In this document: positions 24,771 to 30,617 of the stretch, piece by piece | How the letters are laid out: every line of letters starts with the position of its first letter | Numbering within the stretch: the first letter of the stretch is position 1 | Virus record (IMG/VR): IMGVR_UViG_3300027785_000096 | Span: 1 to 30,617 of that record | Strand: one strand, 5' to 3' | Source of the DNA: a virus | Lineage: Duplodnaviria > Caudoviricetes | DNA length: 30,617 nt | Notes under the pieces: model-generated | The model's database searches: none | Seen by the model: only the letters and a program-made list of their open reading frames with translations | Told to the model about the DNA's origin: nothing | Translations under genes and position numbers: made by a program

Positions 24771-26081
24771 TTAAACGGCTTCCCGTTCCAATGCTTGGAT
24801 GTAGTCTACTACAGCTTCTGAGAATCCATTGACCTCAGTCCAAGCATTGTGATTTACTCCGTGCTCGTAACTTGCTACGTTTACAACGTAACCTTTACCA
24901 AGCGGAGCGGCTGGACGATCGTAGCTTTGTTCATCAGTGAACACAATACAACGATCATAACTTCCGTTAGCGTTGATTGTTTTCATGGCTTGACCTAGGT
25001 ATGTACTACCATGATTCTGTGAACGGGAAATTGCTTCACGAAGGGCGAATCCGCGACGAGGTGCTACACGCACTGCATTACCACTAAAGCTATAAATCTC
25101 GACTTCCTCACAAACTTCTCGGCACAACATAGCAAGTGCTGCTGCCGCATCGAAGCGATCTAGATCTGATTTTGAGGATATTGGAGCACCAAACATAGAG
25201 CCACTAACGTCGATTACCAATACTGTCTTTCCAGGAATTTTGTCATGTGTTGCCAAGCTACGGAACATCATTGACTCTAGCATATCCTCGAATTCTGGCA
25301 CGATACGAGCTGCTGCTACGTATCGGAAAGGCAGAACTTTGCTAACGTCTACAGTAGCGGCGTAGCTACGGATAAGACCAGTGTTCACACCACTGTCACG
25401 CATATTGCGTAAGTTGCGAAGGAAAGCTAACGCACCCAACTTTTTCTCTGTCATTAGACGAGTAAAAGTTTCGCACTTGTCAGCACCAGCACTAAGCTGT
25501 GTTTCCCATGTGTCGGGAGTAACAAGTGTGTCAGCCGCTACTCGTTTAAAGAGTTCAGCTTGTTCAGCTGATTGCGGCTTAGGGTGGCTAAGGAACATAA
25601 CATCGCGCAGTTTAATAGCTGCGGAATTTTTATTCCATTTGGCAAGCTGATACTCGTTAAACTTGTTAAAACAAGCCGCCAAGCCTTTTTTGACTTGGTT
25701 GGACACAGCAGTTTTGCCGTCTTGCCAATATAATGACAAGAATTCTGACATTTCGTCAGGACGCTGAATGACCGTGGTCAAAGCGTTTGCTTGCAGTTTT
25801 CCGTGACGAGCTAACTCGCGGGCAAGCAGTAGAGGTACGTGACGAAGTTTAAACTTTGTACGAGCCTCCAAAGCTAGAGTTTCGACCTTTGCAGGTGCTA
25901 CTTTAGCTACCAAGTCACGAACCAAATCAGCGTGAGATTTACCATCAAGGTAAAACTGCTTTTCCCACAGCATTGCTGCTAGGGTAATACGCTTTAACTG
26001 GCGTTCTGCACTAATTTGAGGTACTTGCGCACCCACAGAATTAAAAGCAGGTACACGCACAGCGCGATTGATCGAAGACAT
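24771..26081 (-). CDS. rsr: Ro60/Rsr RNA-binding protein (TROVE + vWA)
   Basis: TROVE-type segments (LRHVPLLLA, IQRPDEM, YQLAKW, LRDVMFLSHPKP, TWET.LS, ALAFLRNLRN, LPFRY); vWA MIDAS DVSGS and FTDEQ. Confidence 0.93.
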   Translation of the reverse strand: MSSINRAVRVPAFNSVGAQVPQISAERQLKRITLAAMLWEKQFYLDGKSHADLVRDLVAKVAPAKVETLALEARTKFKLRHVPLLLARELARHGKLQANALTTVIQRPDEMSEFLSLYWQDGKTAVSNQVKKGLAACFNKFNEYQLAKWNKNSAAIKLRDVMFLSHPKPQSAEQAELFKRVAADTLVTPDTWETQLSAGADKCETFTRLMTEKKLGALAFLRNLRNMRDSGVNTGLIRSYAATVDVSKVLPFRYVAAARIVPEFEDMLESMMFRSLATHDKIPGKTVLVIDVSGSMFGAPISSKSDLDRFDAAAALAMLCREVCEEVEIYSFSGNAVRVAPRRGFALREAISRSQNHGSTYLGQAMKTINANGSYDRCIVFTDEQSYDRPAAPLGKGYVVNVASYEHGVNHNAWTEVNGFSEAVVDYIQALEREAV

Positions 26082-26096
26082 TGGATTTTCCTTTTA

Positions 26097-26214
26097 ATAG
26101 ATAAGAACTAGGCGAAACAGAAATTTGGCCATGCACCAGCGCCATTCAGGGAATCGAACCCCGATCGTTTTTATTAACAGTAAAATGAAGTAACTGTTTC
26201 TTTCACTATACCTA
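26097..26214 (-). ncRNA. Y-RNA-like element Y3 (YrlA-like, tRNA-mimic domain)
   Basis: TAGTGAAA GAAACAG TTACTTC; anticodon-like arm TTTTA CTGTTAA TAAAA; T arm CGGGG TTCGATT CCCTG; CTGTTTC GCCTAGTTCT. Confidence 0.8.
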
Positions 26215-26457
26215 AATTAAATAATCTAAAACTGAGAATGTGCGAAATCAGTTCTGGAGTTTTTGTTTAACGTGATACCTTTACCTAACTCACGCTTTGT
26301 TTTAAAGTGCTTACCCACTGCCTAGATTAAAGTGAACGAGAACAAGCTCTTAGGCTTCACTACCGCGACCAATTCGGTGGTTGAGTCGTTACATCATAGT
26401 ACTTTAAGTTATGAAGTAACTGCACTTCTGTCGCTACAGTTTAGATTATTTAATTTA
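26213..26457 (-). ncRNA. Y-RNA-like element Y4 (large inserted domain)
   Basis: 21-bp outer stem with one bulge; TAGCGACA GAAGTGCAG TTACTTC ... CTGATTTC GCACATTCT; begins at the predicted +1 of a promoter. Confidence 0.7.
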
Positions 26458-26464
26458 AGTATAA

Positions 26465-26493
26465 ATTATATATGAAATCGGTAAAAGAATCAA
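26465..26493 (-). promoter_or_regulatory. sigma70-type promoter of the Y4-Y3-Ro60-Y2-Y1 unit
   Basis: TTGATT-17 nt-TATAAT; +1 expected near 26458. Confidence 0.8.
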
Positions 26494-26549
26494 TATTAAA
26501 ATTTTAGAACTTTATTCGTTGGAATATTGTTCTCTTACCGAAAACATCA

Positions 26550-26578
26550 ATTATACAAGGTTTGACAAAACATATCAA
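26550..26578 (-). promoter_or_regulatory. Second, tandem sigma70-type promoter
   Basis: TTGATA-17 nt-TATAAT with an upstream A-tract. Confidence 0.75.
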
Positions 26579-26592
26579 GCCAATTTTTTTAA

Positions 26593-26667
26593 TGGTGGAA
26601 ATAAGTAGATTCGAACTACTGACCTGATCCGTATGAAGGATGTGCACTACCGCTGTGCTATATTTCC
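26593..26667 (-). tRNA. tRNA-Met(CAT), elongator type
   Basis: GGAAATA/TATTTCC acceptor stem; loop TTCATAC; CCA. Confidence 0.9.
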
Positions 26668-26676
26668 ACTTAAATA

Positions 26677-26767
26677 TGGTGGCAGGCCAAGTACCGTTTT
26701 TACTAGCTCAACCAAGGTTGCTAGAGGGCCAAGTATTGCGTGATCTTAATCATCACGGCTGCACTGG
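26677..26767 (-). ncRNA. CCA-ended non-tRNA structured RNA F
   Basis: GCAG..CTGC terminal stem followed by CACCA; two hairpins; no T-loop consensus. Confidence 0.5.
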
Positions 26768-26770
26768 TTT

Positions 26771-26844
26771 TGGATGCGGGGGACAGATTCGAACTGCCGA
26801 TGCGCCTGGCTTATGAGACCGGCGTGGTGACCACCCTCCCCGCT
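26771..26844 (-). tRNA. Atypical initiator-like tRNA(CAT) with reduced D arm
   Basis: AGCGGGG/CCCCGCA acceptor stem with 1:72 mismatch; loop CTCATAA; GGCAG TTCGAAT CTGTC; CCA. Confidence 0.75.
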
Positions 26845-26845
26845 G

Positions 26846-27394
26846 TTATCTTGTTGCTAATACAACTATAGTGTCTATATTTTGATTTTCAACTATTGTT
26901 GTTGTACCTACGTTTTTACGTAATATATTTTTCCAAGCTTCTGTATAGCCCTTTGGCATTTCAGTAGTGTATGTGTAATTATATGTATCTAGTAAAGGCA
27001 ATACAGTTTGTTTTAGAGTTGAAAAGTCGTAACTGAGATAAGGGCTTCCACTAGCAATATCGCTTAAAAAGTCTTTGAAAAGTATCTTTTTAATAGAAGG
27101 AGCACTTATTAAGTGCTCTAGTACTTCAGCGGTTAAATAGCCCACACTTTCTGAAAAGTATAACGTATTATACTCTGATAAATCTAAGTTAATCAAGTCA
27201 GAATTTTCTGACATGGAAGTTACGTTAGTAACCAAGTATTCTTCAAGCTCAGTGTTGTGCCCAATATCTAGTATATTGTCCAGTTGAGGGTCGAAGTACT
27301 CTGATATTGCTTTATAGTGCTGACTAAAGTACGGTTTAATTAATACAGCAACAGTTTGTAGCTCTGGAATATTTTCCCATACAGTTTTTGTCAT
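26846..27394 (-). CDS. Hypothetical protein, possibly a degenerate class I SAM-methyltransferase fold
   Basis: ILDIG and YFSESVGY segments; the glycine-rich motif is incomplete. Confidence 0.55.
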   Translation of the reverse strand: MTKTVWENIPELQTVAVLIKPYFSQHYKAISEYFDPQLDNILDIGHNTELEEYLVTNVTSMSENSDLINLDLSEYNTLYFSESVGYLTAEVLEHLISAPSIKKILFKDFLSDIASGSPYLSYDFSTLKQTVLPLLDTYNYTYTTEMPKGYTEAWKNILRKNVGTTTIVENQNIDTIVVLATR

Positions 27395-27395
27395 A

Positions 27396-27611
27396 TTAAG
27401 GTAAAGTCAGTAGCTTTTCGTTAATTGCAGCAAGTAGTGCTGGATCTTCAGGATTTTGGTATATTTGCTCAAATTTAAAATCATAGGTATCTATGGTCTT
27501 ATACACTCCTGGTGCCACTTCTTGAGTAATTACTACTTTTGCATTTGTTTCTTCGGGGTAACCATTTACACTCATATAAGAGACGGTTATAATTTTATTC
27601 GATAAATCCAT
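27396..27611 (-). CDS. Small hypothetical protein at the end of the tail gene run
   Basis: 71-aa ORF with AGGA RBS. Confidence 0.65.
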   Translation of the reverse strand: MDLSNKIITVSYMSVNGYPEETNAKVVITQEVAPGVYKTIDTYDFKFEQIYQNPEDPALLAAINEKLLTLP

Positions 27612-27618
27612 ATATTCC

Positions 27619-28068
27619 TTATAAATAACTTAATATTCTAGCCGTGTAAGTTACATTAAGTGTTGTAGTGCCAGAACTCATTATACCAAGATTATTAAAC
27701 CTAACTGTCTTAAACCACAGCACATTACTTATCAAGTCTACACACAACATCTCACTATCTACTCCTGCTTGATTGTTCACATTCCTACCATAAAAATCAA
27801 TAATAGTAGAACCATTAGCAGGAATATCTTTACCAATTAGGGGACTTATAATCCCAGCTTCCCCGCTAGCGCTGTTTATCTTAATAGAAAGTACTAAAAA
27901 ATCTTTAGGACCCAGGGAGTCAAAGGTAACGTATGATGTATTACCATTAAGACCTAGTGTTCCTGTTTGGTATTTTCTCTGATATATTAATTTATTATCA
28001 CTAGTAAACTTTATGCCTCCACTAGCGTTTTTTACTTCTATTTTTGTTGCAGTTACATTTAGTGTCAT
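27619..28068 (-). CDS. Putative tail-tip/baseplate beta-rich protein
   Basis: N-terminal 'I.VKNASG..KF.S' motif shared with the upstream ORF; ATGA overlap. Confidence 0.6.
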   Translation of the reverse strand: MTLNVTATKIEVKNASGGIKFTSDNKLIYQRKYQTGTLGLNGNTSYVTFDSLGPKDFLVLSIKINSASGEAGIISPLIGKDIPANGSTIIDFYGRNVNNQAGVDSEMLCVDLISNVLWFKTVRFNNLGIMSSGTTTLNVTYTARILSYL

Positions 28069-28772
28069 GGTGTCACCGCTATTGATAAATTTACTGGATT
28101 AGCCGTAGTCATAATAGCAAATGGGCGAAATCTAGGATTCTTATAAATAACCCAACCGGATTTATTATAAGTCCTATAATACTGCCAAAACGGGATAGTA
28201 TAATATCCTGCTTTTGAACCATAAGCCAACCTGCTCCATGTAAGTATATTCGCACTAGGTGCTGGAAAAGTAAAGTATCCGCTAGGGCCAGTTTGTGCGC
28301 TTGCTTGGATGGAGTCTATTACTATATCAATATACGGATCCGTAGTATACGATCCTTCTCCGTCTGGAGGATTTATACTGCCTACTATACCTACATATCT
28401 AAAAGTTCCACAGTTAACCCCGTTAAACTGAAAAGCTTGTGCGGGTGCGGGAAACTGATCTCCCCCTGCTGTCATTGGGGTTCTTTCTATTTTTAATTGG
28501 TCATACTTAGGCACATAAATATTCATAGCAGAAGGCCCTGTATTTCCGTCTACAACCCAATCAATAATAGAACTTGTATACCAGCCATTGTCGTGATTTG
28601 ATACTGTGCCACCTTGTCCGTATACCATAGGGGTTTTTAAATACCCACCAGCCTTAAGTGTCCCGCCGGGATCTGTTTTTAGGTAGTAGTTACTTGTATT
28701 GAACTTTTCATTACCGCTGGCATCTTTTAATACGATTCCTGAACGGGTTATTTTTACTCTTTCAACCGACAA
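28065..28772 (-). CDS. Putative tail-tip/receptor-binding protein
   Basis: 'GIVLKDASGNEKFNT' N-terminus; Gly/Ser/Thr/aromatic-rich composition. Confidence 0.6.
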   Translation of the reverse strand: MSVERVKITRSGIVLKDASGNEKFNTSNYYLKTDPGGTLKAGGYLKTPMVYGQGGTVSNHDNGWYTSSIIDWVVDGNTGPSAMNIYVPKYDQLKIERTPMTAGGDQFPAPAQAFQFNGVNCGTFRYVGIVGSINPPDGEGSYTTDPYIDIVIDSIQASAQTGPSGYFTFPAPSANILTWSRLAYGSKAGYYTIPFWQYYRTYNKSGWVIYKNPRFRPFAIMTTANPVNLSIAVTP

Positions 28773-29028
28773 CTAACACCTCCACTCCTGATAAACTTAT
28801 AGCAGGTAAATCCGCGGCATATGCTACGGACTGACACTCTACATAAATATAACCATTACTAGAAGTATATGAAGCAAAAAAGTTTCTATATCCGGTGGAA
28901 TATTCAATCCTATACCCGTTTGGATATACTACGCCATTTATACTAAGCATTAGTAGTGGATTAGATACTGTGGTACTACCTACATATACGCTATCAACTC
29001 TACTAGCAGGTACTGCAAGACTTCCCAT
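28762..29028 (-). CDS. Putative tail protein C-terminal half
   Basis: 88-aa beta-rich ORF ending LPAISLSGVEVLVVG. Confidence 0.55.
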   Translation of the reverse strand: MGSLAVPASRVDSVYVGSTTVSNPLLMLSINGVVYPNGYRIEYSTGYRNFFASYTSSNGYIYVECQSVAYAADLPAISLSGVEVLVVG

Positions 29029-29030
29029 AT

Positions 29031-29357
29031 TTATACTCCCGCTAAGCTTTTTAATCTTAAATACATTCTTTTATATATTTTTAAAGCTATGTCATTCTTT
29101 CCTAGCTCTATTGCTTTTACCGCTTTTACTAAATAGTCATTATAAATGTCTAAAAACAGTTCTCGACTATCTGTGCGGTATTGAACTGCTGACACTATTA
29201 GGGGGGCAGTAATGTAGTATTCCTTAACCATTGCTTTGAGCTCTGGGGTAGAGCTCATATAGGTATCTCTAAAGTTTCTTAAAGTTATTAACATTACATT
29301 ATCATCGTCATAACCTAATGCGGTAAATACGGCTGTTGAAATATAGCAGTTACTCAT
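29031..29357 (-). CDS. Stand-alone CFI-box-CTERM-like domain protein
   Basis: CYISTA...DD...L..LRNFRD..M.......MV..YY..AP matches the C[FY]I[AS]TA...LR.FRD...YY..[SA]P pattern. Confidence 0.8.
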   Translation of the reverse strand: MSNCYISTAVFTALGYDDDNVMLITLRNFRDTYMSSTPELKAMVKEYYITAPLIVSAVQYRTDSRELFLDIYNDYLVKAVKAIELGKNDIALKIYKRMYLRLKSLAGV

Positions 29358-30067
29358 TTACGTCTCTCTATACTGTTCCCTACAGTAGCAAGTAATTTAA
29401 ATAATGCAATTACAAGTATTAAAAGTGCACCTTTAATTATACCTGCAGGCTTCTTACTTGGCCCAAACCATCTCTGCCAAATACCTATTACTTTACAAAT
29501 AGGGTTTCCGACTAACATGATTGCTTTGCCTGTTTTGCTTCCGGTTGATTTGGCACCTATTTGGTATGCCATTTCTTCTGCCCATGGCATAACTATATCA
29601 TAAGTCCAGCTAATGGACCACTTCTTAGCGGCAGCACTGAACTGTTCTTCTGTCATCCAAGGCATCATTTTTGGGCCTTCGCCATTCATCCAGTCTACAG
29701 CGATTTGTGCCCAGGCAATATATCCATTATAAATATCAGGGTTTGTTTCTCGTAGTCTTTCGCCAAATTCTTGGTCTGCTTCGTATAGTTCTTCTGACAT
29801 TAGCCCTAACTCATACAGTTTAGTACATATGATTTTAAGACTACAACCTTTACTTCCGTCGGACCAAGTAATAATACCCTGGGCCACTGCCGGAAAAGAT
29901 ACTGTACCCGCATTAATTCTAGCTTTAATTTGTAGGTATGGTAAGTCGGAATGAAAAAATACTTGATTTAAATTATTATATGGATTAGTTACAACGGACT
30001 CTGCAGCACCATACTCAACAATAGCCATAGTACCGGTATCTTTTATTTTAAGCGTTTTTGTTGGCAT
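29354..30067 (-). CDS. Tail-protein-like N-terminal fragment fused to a 'KIIC' helical domain with C-terminal TM segment
   Basis: N-terminal NP..NLN.V.FHSDL.Y; after GSKGCSL comes KIICTKL...Y.AD..FG..L...P..Y.GY..W; hydrophobic C-terminus plus RRK. Confidence 0.7.
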   Translation of the reverse strand: MPTKTLKIKDTGTMAIVEYGAAESVVTNPYNNLNQVFFHSDLPYLQIKARINAGTVSFPAVAQGIITWSDGSKGCSLKIICTKLYELGLMSEELYEADQEFGERLRETNPDIYNGYIAWAQIAVDWMNGEGPKMMPWMTEEQFSAAAKKWSISWTYDIVMPWAEEMAYQIGAKSTGSKTGKAIMLVGNPICKVIGIWQRWFGPSKKPAGIIKGALLILVIALFKLLATVGNSIERRK

Positions 30068-30584
30068 ACCTATATACTCCAATTATTTTAGAATAGTCTA
30101 TTTCGTCTATACAAGATAGCTTATATGGTAGGTGGTGTAAAAACTTACCCTCGCCTAAATAAATCCCTACGTGGCTAACAGCCTTGGGTTTATACTCATA
30201 CACTACGCAATCTCCGCGCTTTGGCGCATCAACCTTTAAAAATCCATGATCTTCATACCACAGGCTCATTCCTTCATTGTAGTACTTAAAAAAGTCTTTA
30301 CGACTGGTCTTGGTATAAATACCACTAAGGTCGGTATTGTTTTCATCACCTAACCACTCGAACATTAATGTTATACAATCCAGTTTTCTTAGCACATAAG
30401 GTCTTCCTATGTAAGACTTTAGTGGAGCAATTAAGTTATATGTCTTGGCTTGTTTATTTAAATATATAACGTAATTACCGTATGTTTCACCTACTGTGAA
30501 CATACCCTCTTCTGTTTCTACTAATTCACCTTCTACTATGTTGAATTTAGCACCTAATTTTGTTTTAAAGTATTCGTAGTCCAT
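30048..30584 (-). CDS. NlpC/P60-family peptidase (tail-associated, lambda gpK-like)
   Basis: YIGRPY....DC catalytic Cys; GD.V; HVGIYLGEGKFLH. Confidence 0.85.
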   Translation of the reverse strand: MDYEYFKTKLGAKFNIVEGELVETEEGMFTVGETYGNYVIYLNKQAKTYNLIAPLKSYIGRPYVLRKLDCITLMFEWLGDENNTDLSGIYTKTSRKDFFKYYNEGMSLWYEDHGFLKVDAPKRGDCVVYEYKPKAVSHVGIYLGEGKFLHHLPYKLSCIDEIDYSKIIGVYRYANKNA

Positions 30585-30588
30585 AGCA

Positions 30589-30617
30589 TAAATAGCCCAG
30601 TAGTTTCCTACTGGGCT
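30589..30617 (-). terminator. GC-rich hairpin, probable terminator upstream of the NlpC gene
   Basis: AGCCCAGTAG/CTACTGGGCT followed by ATTTAT; lies at the window edge. Confidence 0.5.

Noticed and set aside
24519-26457. Repeated GAAGTAACT motif as a CRISPR array or DNA operator set
   Set aside because: Spacing is irregular, there are no full-length direct repeats, and flanking stems covary, which fits structured RNA.
21358-26767. Known self-cleaving ribozymes (hammerhead, twister, HDV/theta) in the tRNA spacers
   Set aside because: No complete catalytic-core consensus could be matched by eye; a covariance-model search would be needed.
1720-29755. Plus-strand ORFs and short alternative-frame ORFs in the track
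   Set aside because: All lie antisense or out of frame within well-supported genes or RNA elements and show no recognisable motifs; treated as shadow ORFs.

Overview
A 30.6-kb segment of a T5-like (Demerecviridae-type) lytic phage genome. Essentially every real gene is on the minus strand. In transcription order (right to left) it holds: (1) tail/baseplate-associated genes (NlpC/P60 protein, a tail-type protein apparently split by a KIIC-domain and a CFI-box-CTERM-like ORF, beta-rich tail-tip proteins); (2) an RNA-rich accessory island with 16 tRNAs, a circularly permuted two-piece tmRNA next to clpP, a Ro60/TROVE gene flanked by four Y-RNA-like elements, several long-stem non-coding RNAs, an RNase H-like protein, a phosphoesterase, rubrerythrin and rubredoxin; (3) the canonical T5 replication block (D3, D2, PC4-like, split NAD ligase, D5, helicase, primase, PolA, D10, D11, D12/D13, start of D14). 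The most notable signals are: four RNAs around Ro60 that share one covarying stem/internal-loop module plus a UUACUUC motif but carry different inserted domains; a permuted tRNA-elbow mimic inside the tmRNA intervening sequence; and the apparently split tail protein. All family assignments come from motif recognition by eye; no database search or folding program was run.
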